Assembly: GCF_963921235.1 (NCBI RefSeq)
Contig: NC_086108.1
Coordinates: 103,976,001-104,040,000, forward strand
Origin: Mobula hypostoma
Taxonomy: Eukaryota
Direction of reading: 5' to 3'
DNA: 64,000 nt
Shown: positions 13,001 through 26,200 of the stretch, piece after piece
How the letters are laid out: every line of letters starts with the position of its first letter
Position numbering within the stretch: the stretch's first letter is position 1
Translations under genes and position numbers: made by a program
Notes under the pieces: generated by a model
Told to the model about the DNA's origin: nothing
The model's input: only the letters and a program-made list of their open reading frames with translations
The model's database searches: none

Positions 13001-16000
13001 CTTACATAAATTGTGTGGTTTATTCTAAGCCTATTCAAGTACAAATTCTTAAAAATTTCAATAATTAAGAAACGTCATTCTGTTACCACAAAAAAAAAGG
13101 AATAACACAATGATTAAAATCTTTTAAGCTGTTAATCTATATGTTCAATACTTCATATAATTACAAGCTCAAGTAAGTAGCTACTAACAAATTTAGTTTG
13201 AATTTGACCCCATTACCAATCGTAAAATAATCACTTGCTAAAGAACTAATAAAATCACCATACATAAAGGGCAATTCAACATAATCAAATAAAAATGTTG
13301 AGATCTGGTGATAAAATTATTTCTACTTCCAATCTAATTAACAACTTTACTATCTTTCCCCATTGAATGAAAATGCAATTTCATATGTAATTACTGAAAT
13401 TCTCATGGGTATTGAGAATGGTTTGTATCATGGCCAAATCATCAAATTCACCCGAAAGTCACCATCTATGGAGTGATTATTTTTCATAGTTTCTCATTTA
13501 GGACTCCCAGTCAGTCTATGCCAATACTTCGACCTGCCACCCCCATCTGTACTCATTTCTTAAATTCTTCCCATTAATTCAGATTTTCAAATTATAACAA
13601 TTAGAACATCAGCTTGTATTGAGTAACAAAATCTAATCTAAAGCCATTCTTAATAAACATTATGTAACTTTGGACAAGTCTACTGGCATTCATATTTTGA
13701 GCTTATATACAGACATCTAAACCATTCTCTTCTGCAAGGCAAACAAAGCGTTGTGGCAAACTGCACCAAACAATGGCAAAAAGAGAACATTAAACAGAAC
13801 AGTACTAATAAATTCTCCACTAGATCAGTTTCAATTATTACTCCAGTTATATTATTTTAAGTCACTCCATTAAATAATTTGCTATTCTTTAACATTTTTA
13901 CTTTTCTTGGGTTTCTACTCAACTGATCTCAATGACATTTTAATTGTATTAAAACTAAACTGAAAATTAGTGATGCAGTGAAGTTGTCCTCAAATCACAC
14001 GAAAACTTAATAAAGATCAAATGGTTTTATTGGGCTCATGGTTCAGAGTATCTTAATTTTAGTAAAATATGACACTTACAGGGAATTCCACTATAAGGAA
14101 AGCAGAGGCACTTTGCTGATTCCTCCCTAGAATCTACAGCCTGCACTTGCAGTATATGTATGGTAACACAGTTGCAATGTGTACCATTCCAAATGTGGAC
14201 CACAGTTGTAATGTGTACCATTCCAAATCACTGACAAATGCTGTCTGTAATTATTATTTTATTTGGCACAATGTCAGTTGGTACCAAAACACGTAGCACA
14301 TATTTCTTATCTTTAACTAAAAGTAGAGTGAGAATTAGAAATACTGATTTCCCTGTTTCCTTCCTTGCATTGCATCTAGTGACTGATTGGTTTTTCTGAC
14401 AAGTTTTCTACAACGATTATTAAGAATCCATTTTTATCTTGAAGGCAAGAAGATTACATCAGTGATTGGGCACATGGATTCATTCAGGTCTGATTTCTGA
14501 CCAGGAGTTTGTCAAGACTAATCTCTTCAGATTGCACAGACCCTCAGCTTAAGAGTTCTTCTAAACTAATAAAAGTTCCTTTGGGCACTCACTAAAATCC
14601 ATGAGACAAAGTAATCTGCCCATTGTCAACAGTATATTTGGGACACTTTCTAAAATTAAGCAAAACTAAGATAATCCAATGACAAAGGACCTGAAGTGGA
14701 TAAAGATATCAATGAAAAAAGGGATAAGACTGTTGTATTCATTTCTGTTACAGCAGAAAATAGTTACATCTCCATGCAGAGTCAGAATGCCATAATAAAT
14801 TGAAAAAGGTAAAGGGGAGAACAGCTACTGTTAACTCTTGTGCTTATGCAGAGACATCGCTATGCAGGTGATTATAAATGAGTAATGGAGAATAATCTCT
14901 CCAATTAAAAAACCACCAGATAAAATCTGTAGCTGAAGATACACATGGACGATGGATTTTCATATAAATTTACACCAATAAATTTGCAATGATTTTCCCC
15001 AAGTTTTTCATGAGAAAGAAAATTCAAAAATTCTCATCTCTGAATTCATAATATCAACTTCAATAAAGTTTCTTACGTGAACAAAACTCACATTCAGGAT
15101 AAACCTGCAGATGTCTTGTGGTTCTTGGTCATAGTACTCATTCGATTCTCCATACCTAAAATGAGCAGTCCCCAACAGCTGGGCTACTGAACGTTCTTTG
15201 TGGCTCAAGAAGGGGTTTGATTAATGCCTGCAAAATTAGATTCTGTGAATGTGGGCCCAGCTGTGAAACTAAGTTACAGTAACCTCTGAACTTACAGTGC
15301 AGATAGTACAATTCACCTCCATCATTTATCAACAGCATTTTGTTCCCACTTGAATCAAATAGCATTCAAAACATGAAGTGAAGAGCAAAACTAAATTTAA
15401 GTTAAAATGCCTGCTCAGAACAATGTTATCCACAGCAAAAACTGCAACACTTCATTCTCACGTCCAAAATAAGCACAATCCAAATCAGAACATTTATTCA
15501 ACGTTTACCACTTCAGTTAGCAATTTACAGCAAAAAGACAACTTTGCTCTGGAAAATATTATGCGCTCATTTAAAAAAAAGAAATAACTTTGTTCTACCC
15601 ATCAACATCAAAAGCAAATATTCTTGACCATTTAATAGGATGAATATCAAGACAGTTGAAATGCAGCACACTCCTGACCTACCTACCTTTATCAACAAAA
15701 TATATTTGCATACAATCCAAGTAAGCTAAGAAAAGGCTAGCACAATATCACCCAAAATACATTTCTACTCAGCAGCATCTCAATCATCAGTTAACACAAT
15801 TTAGGAAATACTTACCCATAAGAGACTTTTTTTAAATCAACAATACTAGCAGGGAAAATACCTATTAGTTCAATTCCTACAAGGTTTACATGCCAAGTAT
15901 GTGATCAGGGCACATTAATCTCTACATAAAATTTAGGTATAATAAGAGGACATGGGCAAAAACAATTTCAAGTGTTACTGCACAGTAAGTCAGTTCTACT

Positions 16001-16029
16001 TCAGTCAAGATTTATTCTAATGTACTTAC

Positions 16030-16129
16030 AGTGCAAAGCTCCTTGAAGGAATAGAATCAAGGATGGTGCACAGCATACGCCAGGTTACCCTTACAGAGCT
16101 AGTGCTAGATTGGCTGGAACACACCTGTA
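16030..16129 (-). CDS. FUBP1: Candidate FUBP1 alternative C-terminal exon encoding YRCVPANLALAL* (16129-16091)
   Basis: Acceptor ctattgaag|TAC in phase 0 with exon 20; donor CT|gtaagt at 16030; the peptide resembles the mammalian isoform tail CRFDPASIELAL as recalled. Confidence 0.6.
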
Positions 16130-16879
16130 CTTCAATAGATACAGTGGCAAACAGACTGCAATTGCATTCATCGTTTCAATAAATTAAAACGAACAACTAT
16201 AATATGCAGGTGCAAACACAACAAAAAAAGAGTGCAATTTGCACAGAAACAAATGATTTTCAAATAGCTGGAATAATATGCAGAGTAAATTCAAATCTTT
16301 TCAGATTTTAAAATAGCAAATTCCAACCAAATAATGTGGAGAAGGTCATAATGCAACTGAAAACAAATCCATTGTCAGTTTAAGCTGCTTAAGTCATTGG
16401 TCAATACTTTGACTGGTACCTTACCATCAGTTTTTCTAAACTCCTTCTGTCAGAAAAAAAAGTTATGGGGCACTATTTTACATGGCAGTAATTATAGACT
16501 GCAAACAAATAGACAAGTATTTCCTAAGTAGTTTGCCATAGAGGTAATTAGAAAGAAACTGCAAAGAAAAGCCAAGAATGCCATCCATAAGATTAAATAG
16601 CATTTTACCATCATACATTCTGCTATAGAAAAATTATGCAAAATTCAAACTGCTTGCAACTTGGCATAATGCATTATTACTGAATAACTAAATTGTAATA
16701 ATTATCAACTCAAGAACTTGGCTACGTTAGATCTGAATTGAAATCTTCCAAGTCTCAGTCCCAGATTGCCTCAAGAGAGAAAGCCACAAGGCAGAGAATG
16801 TGTTGTACTACTAGGTTACAATCCCAATAGCGCAACACAACTCTAGTATCTTTACCCATAGATCCAACTTACCCACAAA

Positions 16880-17241
16880 CAAAGGTTTTCATATCATTTA
16901 TTGTCAAGCACAAAACAAGCATTTTAAAAGTGAACAGGTATACAATGAAATTAATACATTTTACAACAAAAGCACATGTCACTTTAATGACCGAATAAAA
17001 ATAGAAAATACATATGCTGGAATGTTCAAACTATTGATTCTCTAAAAGCAAACCAAATTTGCAATTCTACACAAAATAATTGTTGTCAAGTTCACTACCT
17101 CTTAGCTATGACAATAGGAACAAACACTATGTTTCTTAACCAAAAACAAAATTAAGATCTTCATCAAGACGTCTGCATCCATAAATTTTACAAAGGCTTT
17201 TCCCACAATGACGCAAATATCTCCACTTCACATTACTGGCC
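16880..17241 (-). other. FUBP1: FUBP1 canonical terminal exon: GGC CAG TAA (GQ*, 17241-17233) plus proximal 3'UTR
   Basis: Acceptor tttcttctgtgcag|GGCCAGTAA; U-rich UTR ending near the AATAAA at 16897-16902; 3' end approximate. Confidence 0.85.
16897..16902 (-). terminator. Proximal polyadenylation signal AATAAA of FUBP1
   Basis: tttatt on the plus strand; on the minus strand it is followed by a GU/U-rich stretch (cctttgtttgtggg). Confidence 0.65.
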
Positions 17242-20200
17242 CTGCACAGAAGAAATACATAAGAAATACACAAGTGGTTACCAACGTGAAACATTTCAAG
17301 CGCATCGAGTGTGGACAGGATCCTCTTTCTGTGAAAAGAAGAATTAAATATATCCGGATAGCTTCTCTTGTTTTTCCACATTGCCTGCTTTGTGGAGAGA
17401 CTTGCAATATGAAGAGCCTTTGAAATAACATAACCTTCTCAAGGGTAATTCAACAGCATTAAATTTGAGAAAATGTGTTGAAATACAGTATATCCCACAC
17501 AACACACTACCTTAATTTCACCATTCTCGGCCACATCGATGAGCTCACAGGAGGATTTCTACGCACCAAAAAGAAAACTCAAGGCCCTTATACTATGTTT
17601 CTTTCTTTCAATGGTATTTACCTGTGGGGGTTGCTGTGCTGGTGGGTGCTGGGGCATCGGCTGGGAGTTTGTCTGACTGTAATAAGCTGCTTGCTGTCTG
17701 TAGTACTCAGCCCATGCAGCGCTGTAGTCAGGCTGTCCGCTTGGTTGCGCTGCTGTACTCGAGGCTTGGGCTGCCTGACCTGGAACAATAACCAGCAATG
17801 TATCACTGACCAAATTCAGATGATTCACTTACTCAAATCATGTCCCATAAAATCAATGACATACTTTGCTTCTTGTAGTATTCCTCCCAAGCTTTGGTGT
17901 AATCTTGCTGGGGGCCTTGTGGTTGTCCCTGTTGACCTACACAGAACATCGTATGAATTTAAGTTAAAAAATGTAAAACAAAATTGTATCTTTGAAATAA
18001 TAAATTCCAAGATAGCATAATGTACTAGCTCCAGCTGAATTTGAAATTTTTGACACTAAAAGTTTTGTATTTTCAGTTGCTATTGGTTGAAGGTAAGAAA
18101 TAGAGCAACAGTTTTGGCCTGAGAAACAAATGAAAATACAAAGACTTGTAACAAATCCTAGTTATTGACTAAGTGCATCAATATCAAAGCCAACATACAG
18201 TACTTAATAGCCTCATACAATTTTACACCAAGTTTAGCTGGAAACCAAAACTCTAATCTATCAATAAATTCACAGTATATCACTGTAGAGATTTAAAAAC
18301 AAGGCACATGATAGAATTCTAAATTAAACATTTTTGGAGGATTCCTACTTTTTCTTTTGTGCATCTCCATTCATCAATCTTAATTACAATTACCTAATTT
18401 CTTGTAATATTCTTCCCAGGCCTTGGTATAATCGGTCTGAGGATTTGGAGGAGCAGTTGGCTGGTTTGGATCACCTGCTGCCAAAAGTACACCAAAATTA
18501 GCACATTAACCCAATAACCAAGAATTCCCATGGAGGACAGAAGAGAGAAAGTGCAAAAAAAAAAGTAAAACCAAAAGCTGCTAGGACTAATCAATGAGAG
18601 GCTTTCTCATTCTGTGCAGAGTGATTTGGGTATATTGATTAAGAAATGAGAATAACATAAATACTAATACAGTTTTCCAAAGTAAACTAGACAGGATAAA
18701 TCTTGATGCAAACTTAAGTTATCAAGTTATTTAAACTGCACCAATTAATTTGTCAGAGCAGCCAGAAGACTTATATAAAAATATCTGATGATTTACCAGG
18801 TGCAGAATTTGGGGTATTGCTCGGACCAGTGCTTGGAGCGGCAGGAGGCTGTTGTGCTTGCTGCTGATAATACTGAGCGTAATACGCTGCCCACGCAGCA
18901 GTATTTGCATCTCCAGCTTTACCTACAATAAACAATATTTTATTACTGATGGTAATTAAACACTAAATAAAAATGTTCAAGATACTTAATATACATTCAG
19001 TGGCCACTTTATTAAAACTACCTCCTGGAACAAATAAAGTAGCCACTATGTTTGTGCTCTTCTGCTGCTGCAGCCCATTCACTTCAAGGTTCAACGTGTT
19101 GTGCATTCTACGTTTGTACACACCACTATAGTAATGTGTGATCATCTGAGTCACTGTCACTTTCTGTCAACTTGAACCAGGCTGGCCAATCTCCCGTGAC
19201 CTCTCTTATTAACAAAGAGGTTCTTGACACAAATGCCGCTCACTGGATGCCTTGTTTTTCACATCATTCTCTATAAGCTCGACAGAGAAGTGTGTGAAAA
19301 TGCCAGATCAATAGTTTCTGAGAGAACAACTCTGTCTGGCACGAGCAATTATTTCTTACCCATTCTGATGTTTTGTCTGAACAACTTGACCATATCTGTA
19401 TATTTTTATGCAGAGTTACTGCTGCCACATGATTGGCTGATTAAATATTTGCATTAATGAGGTGTACAGATGTAAGGGGCCATTAAGTGCATTACAGCAT
19501 TTTAGCAAGTAGATCTTCTTATCCTCTTCCTTTACTGTAGACTGTGGCTCTTGCAAGGAAACGATTCCACAAGCATAGGCTACTGTCCAGTATCTTCTCC
19601 AAGAGGTTATTTACCAATGCCTGACTTTTTGATGGTGCAAGTCCAAGGACAAAGCCATTGTTTTCAACGATGCTGGAATGCACATACTTCTGGAATGGGT
19701 TAAAACTAGAAAGCAGTAAAGAGTGGGCATTCTGGTCCCATTTCTTGCTGTCTAGAGCCAAACATGGCTTCACCACAGCCCAAGACAGTAATCAAACCTG
19801 GACCCCCGAGGCCTATATGGCCCAAATACATCATAATTTGAGCTCAGCGAAAGAGCTTGCATTGTTTAAAATAAAGCCAAAATGTGGGATATCAAGCACG
19901 AAACTGTGTCTTACTTGGATCTGGTGGACCCTGCTGTTGCCAGGGTTGATAGGCATTCCCCCATCCTTGTGGAGCATAAGGTGCTGGTGGTCCACTGCAG
20001 AGGTTAAGAGATTAAGTAATGATAACATATAACATACTTTATTCAGCAATCATGAGAAAGGCATTGTGCTATTTAAGACATATTACTTACTGTTGAGGTG
20101 GGCCAGGAGGGCCTGGATTATAGGGTCCTGGGTTATAGGGTCCCATAGGAGCTCCAGGACCTGGGGGACCGGGGGGCCCATGAGGGGCAGGTGGGCCATG

Positions 20201-23200
20201 GGGTCCATGGGGACCATGAGGACCAGGTGGCCCAGGAGGACCAGTAGGAGCCTAAATACACAAACATAAATAGTAGTAAGACACAATCAGACTAGCAAAT
20301 AGGTAAATTCCTGCAAAAGGAACAGATTGTCAATTTAAATTAAGATTGATCTTTTCAGTTACTTCCTTAGATCACATAGAATGGCTAAGGACTAATTTTA
20401 ATGGAAAATGAAGTTTTTATTCTGAAACAATCAAAGAGAGAAATAGCAAACATATTTACATAGATTTCTTAAGAGTGAAATTGCAATCCTGTTTTTAAAA
20501 CACATTCTTGTTTGTATTGAGATGATTAGAGAGTACAAATTCCTTTCATTTTTGATGAATTATTGATTTTCACAACATGGCCCTGATTAGCAAAACTTAG
20601 TGATTTATACACATCATACTGGTGGCTGACAACTCTATTCAACATTTGTAAAGTGGACTCATTCTTAAACCAAGTGCAAAAAACAGTGAGTCCATTGTTC
20701 TAATAGATGGCACCATCCTCGCAATAAATAACCTACAGAAGCAAATTTAAGAAGAATTTCTGATAACTACCCCTAATAATCTATGATAATCAAACAGCTC
20801 CAACTATCAGTAAAGTTTTATCAGCAGACATTATTACATGTGACATTGTTCAAACTGCTCAGCATATGCATGACTTTTTTTTAAATGTTTGGGTATTTTG
20901 TTTGCAAAACTGCTTTGCCAATAATCAAAGACCACACAGTTTTGTCAAGACATACTTTGCTGGTGCTTGTGTGCAAAAGGGATGGAACTCTGGATTTGAT
21001 GCTATGCCTTACTGGGTAACTGAAAACTGCACACTAAATTAAATGTGATGCAGATTAGAGAAGGCTGGCAATTGAGCTATACCAGACAACAATTTTCCAC
21101 AGACCTCACTTCCCCAACTACTACAACATGGCATTGCCTTCAGAACCCTCCTGAGAATTTCACAGTAAGTGTGCCTTCAATGACTTTTCTCCTCTCACAA
21201 TACGTCACTGTTAAGCCCATAGACATTATTTCATACACAAGCAAAATAATGTTATTTAAAAGCCAGATGAGGTAACTGATCCAATAACCAATGGATTCAA
21301 AGCAAATATCGACTGTCCTATCACTAACTTTCTACCAACCACTCTACTTTAAAAAAAATTGAAGTCACACCACACGTCTCCCTCAACGTTTCAAGATCTA
21401 GACGTCCTGGATACTGCAGATGAGCTTTGAGAACCCTAATGCAGCGGTCCCCAACCACCGGGCCGCAGACCTGTACCGGGCTGCGAGGAAACGATATGAC
21501 TTGGCAATATAAGTCAGCTGCACCTTTCCTCATTCCCTGTCACGCGCGAGGTCATTACCCGCACGTCGTCCATGTCAGCGCGGGAAGGAGATCAACTCCT
21601 TGAGCTTGCAAATGACAGCGGGCTGAAAATTATGTTTGCCATAACATCTCTGTCGGCATTCTGGATCAAAGTCAAGGGCGAATATCCTGAGATAGCCACG
21701 GAAGCACTGAAAACGTTGCTTCCATTTCCAATTTATCTCTGCGATGAATGCAACAAAAACTAAATTGCGGAATAGACTGGACATTAGGAACCCCATTCGA
21801 GTATCGCTGTCTCCCATCACCCCTCGATGGGACTGTCTTGTTGCAGGTAATCAAGCCCAGGCTCCCACTGATTCAGCGATATTGGTGCGTTGCAATGATT
21901 TTATATGTTCATACGGGGAAAATATGCGCTGTGTGTTTAATATCCAAACGTTACTTAAAATGTTATGATGCTATTGACTTACTTATATAACCATATAACA
22001 ATTACAGCACGGAAACAGGCCATCTCTGCCCTTCTAGTCCGTGCCGAACGCTACTCTCACCAAGTCCCACCAACCTGCACTCACCCCATAACCCCCCATT
22101 CCTTTTCTGTCTATATACCTATCCAATTTAACTTTAAATGATAATATCGAATCTGCTTCTGCCACTTCTACTGGGAGTTCGTTCATCACATTTTTCAAGC
22201 CCCCCTGCCCTCCCCTGATAATTGACTTATCGCTATATTCATGCGAGGAAAATACGCGCTGTGTGTTTAATATTAAATTCATTAGATAAACCCTTTTAGA
22301 AACAAAATTGAGTGTATTAGCCACTTATCACCGATATTGCGGTTGTGATTTAACAGCACCCCGCTCCTGAACAGAATCGCCAAAAACGATTTGTAGCAAA
22401 AAAACGGCACGTGCACGCGTACACAAGTTACACATGCGCACTAGTGCCCGCGCAAGGCTTCATGGTCATTGTAGTCTTTTCAGGGCAAACACAACGTATT
22501 TGACTGCTACTGTACTCTTGTCCGTTGGCAATCATCCCCCCCCCCCACCCCCCGGTCGGCCGGTCCGCAAGAATATTGTCAAAATGAAACCGGTCCGCAC
22601 TGCAAAAAAGGTTGGGGACTCCTGCCCTAACGTAACATCCTATGGTCCATTACCAATAAACTGCAAAACTAAGACAGCACAATCTGCTTATATAATTGGG
22701 AAATGTGTAAGCCATTCAAATGTAACATCAAGGAGAATCACTTTAAAATGTGATTTGTCTTTGAAAAATTATATTGACTGCTGTATTAAAAACTTACCCC
22801 AATCTTCTCTTCAATAAGTTGCCTGGCATAGTCAATCTGCTGAGTTGATCCACGAATAATAAACATTTTGAAGTTGGGATCAGCATTTGGAGGTGGGTTT
22901 CTCTGGAGCTCTATTCGTGCTCCTGATTGCTGACTAATGGATTTAACAGTCTCCCCTCCTGAATTAGAACAGCAGGGAAAAGAATGTTCACTAAACCTTC
23001 ACCATGAGAATTATTCAATTAAATCACAAGCAGTAATCTTAGCTAAAAGCTTACAAAAGCTATGCTTGGGTAAATTGATGTGTCAACAGTAACTTAGATC
23101 ATAAGACATGGGTGCAGCATCAAAGCATTTGACCCATTGAGTCTATGCACTTGAAGAAATAATAGTGGATACAAAATCCTCAACGCTAATAGCTTTCACA

Positions 23201-26200
23201 ACTTATAATCAACTCAAGGAAATGACAAGATCACTAAAATACACACCTGACAAGCATATCATTGGCAGTTTATGGAATTGTCTATTAGGCACCAACTTCT
23301 GTCAACAACATACTACTCCACCCACTCAGTGGCATTCCAAGCAAGATTGAAATACTTTTGCAGCCAAGCATTAAATCTTTGAAACCTCTGCATATGGGAG
23401 ACCATTATCGCCCTTTCATCAATAGAATTGAAAGTCATGGAAGAATAGTATTCACAGATCTTTCACTGCCAATACCACCTCAGCATTACTTCCTTGCCTC
23501 AACCAGATCAGTCAGCCATTGATGGTTTCTTAGTTTTAAGTTGCAAAGTAATCGTTACAAAATTTAGACAATTATTCACAATAGAGTCACATTTATAGTC
23601 TTGTCATAATAGAGGCTAATTCCCTTCTCTCCGTAGTGACTGGAAAAATAAACCATGAGACCCAGTTGAGCCAGGGGCTATGACTGTAAGCACAAACTTG
23701 TTAGGTTAGATGACCTAGGTAAGTTGCAGCTAGTATTTAAGATAATTAGAAAAAAGTTCAAACAGTTTTGTAAAAATGACAACGGCTATTTTAAAATTTG
23801 ATTTTGTTCCTTGGCAGACTGATGAGAAAATTTGAAACCTTCAAAATCCAAGAGAAGGCACTCAGATCTGGCTTTTCAGAAGGTAAGGAGTTATGACTGG
23901 CTGAAATTTAATTTAAAAAAGGCTCTAAGCATTTGTATACCACAGGATTTAGTTTCTTCTTCTTGTGTTATAATATTCTGGAGTAAAATGAGATTTGTAG
24001 ATAATATCAAAATTGACAGCATAAGAACAAAGAAAAAAATTGAGTACATGAAGAAATAAAGATACAAGTAAGGTGGACACTAAAATAGCAAATCAAATTT
24101 AACCCGGAGGAGTGAGCCATTGGACCTGGGAAAGCAAATGAAGTAAGAGAACAAAGGATATTGAGAATTGTAGCACCAAGAAATCCTGGAGTATTTGTTG
24201 ACAAACTCCTAGGCAGGTTGATATGATGGTTAAGATGATTAATTCTATTTAATGATAGGATTGAAGAATAAAATAGGAGCAAAGTCATGGTAGATCTGTA
24301 TCAACCAGTGGTTAACCCACAGCTAAGAGTATTGTGTTCAGAGGTCATCACTATTGGAATAGTGTGATATCACTACAGGGGATTCGAATCTGGCCGGCTC
24401 CCTTGCATGCTCTCCAACCATGCCTGGGTTGAGCGTCAAGCTAACAACTTTACCTTGTTAACAAAAAACCTAGAGAGGGATAGGCTCTGCCAGGTTTCAG
24501 GTGCCCAAGCAATGAGCATACAAAAGCTTGTCGTGACGGCACCTCGACGACTCCACCAGGAGTTAAGGGCGTACACAAACACTACAGGGGATGCAGAAGA
24601 CATAACAATTTATTTTGGTTGGCAAATGAATTGTGACCAGAGATTGGGTAACATTAAATGGTCTCCTTCATTTCCAAGAAAATAGGGAGATTTAATTGTT
24701 ACATAAAATTAACAGGTCTGGACACCATGAACTAAGAATTTTCCTTTGCAGAGACTGACTAAGCAACACATATTTAAATTGACAGAATGACTAGAGCAGA
24801 GCTTTTATTTTCCAGTCAAGAACAATGGATGCCAAAGGCTATTTTCTCCAAAAGGGCAAAGGAGGCAGATATCTCACTGTAGATAAAGGCCATTGGTCTC
24901 TTATAAAGCTACATATCAGGGCTGGGAAATGGAATTAGCTTGGTTTCTTTCTTTGCTGGATTGGACACAATAAAGTCATTCTGGCCTTACAAGTTTGTAG
25001 TTAATTTGTTTACAGTTCAACTGTTTATTGCAAATGCTTACCTTTGCCAATAATTATGCCAGTCTTACTGCTTGGTACTGTGAAAGTAAACTCCTGTAGA
25101 CCACCTGGTGGGGGCATATTCCAGTTCCCTTGTCCTCTGCCTCTTCCTCTGCCAGGACCAGGACCACTACCACCAGGAGGCATGCCAGCCTGCAAGCAAG
25201 ATAAAAAATACTTGTAAACAACCATTTATACTGCCCACTAAAGGTATGAGGAAAACATTCCCGAGTTTAAAAAAAAATCAACACAAAATACATAGTATTA
25301 TTCCAGCCAAAAACTCATACTTAATTGGCATGGTTAAAGAGCAAACAGTTGTCAGCTAACCTCCACACTTCGTAGGAGGTCTCTTAGTATCTCTGCAGCA
25401 TGCTGACATCTGTCTGGAGGGCCCAGGATCTGAGCTATTCTTTCTGGAGTCGTCCCATCATCTTGAGATTCAAAAAAAAGTGATAGTTTTTTTTATTGAC
25501 AGATTAACAAGGTATGAATCCTTTATTCAATTTGAGAAGAGGTTATATATTAAATTCACCTGGCTTGAACTGAATCCTCACCCCTGCATCATTCTGTATT
25601 TTCTTTATCATTTCTCCACTTCTCCCTATTACAATACCAACAGCAAATCGAGGCACAGGGACCTAAAAGAAAATGTAATTACTATACACAACAAACACAC
25701 CCCAAAGACAAGACTGGTTACAGCTGTAAATTAACTGGCAAAATTATTTGTGAAAGCAATACATTAACTTGCTAGTACAGAAAATTTTGAATGCAAGCCA
25801 AATTAATGCAGACATCAACACTCAAGAATTTTATATTCTTTGCTAAATTTTTGACACAACACACACACTTTAGACATTGTATTTCACACTTACATCCAAT
25901 GTTTCATTAGCCCCTCCCACACGAGATCCATATTCGTTACGCTGCTCTCTAAAACCTTGGTCTCTGTCACGAATTAAATCCATCACCATATCCTTAGCTT
26001 GCTGCAAAGGAAATAAAAACATGCTCATACTTCGCACTCACCAATAACACTAATACTCATTAAAAAGGAAGCAATGCTGTACCTACCTGTACTTTGTATG
26101 GATCTCCTGTAATTCGAAGAGGTTTATCTGATCCTGTTGGCTGAGGTCCATCTTGAATCATCACCATCTTCACTCCAGCACGTTCCTATTTTGCAATAGA

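Noticed and set aside
14167..14228. CRISPR-like repeat
   Set aside because: Only two units with a 6-bp gap, in a vertebrate context with no cas genes.
16425..16446. 22-nt microexon candidate (tttctgacag|AAGGAG...GATG|gtaagg)
   Set aside because: Splice sites are plausible, but it is too short to distinguish from chance without reads.
17833..17864. Alternative donor GA|gtaagt extending exon 19
   Set aside because: Gives a 104-nt exon that is out of phase with exon 20; the 17865 donor keeps the frame.
17475..18020. 181-aa plus-strand ORF
   Set aside because: Antisense to FUBP1 exons 19-20; no independent coding signal.
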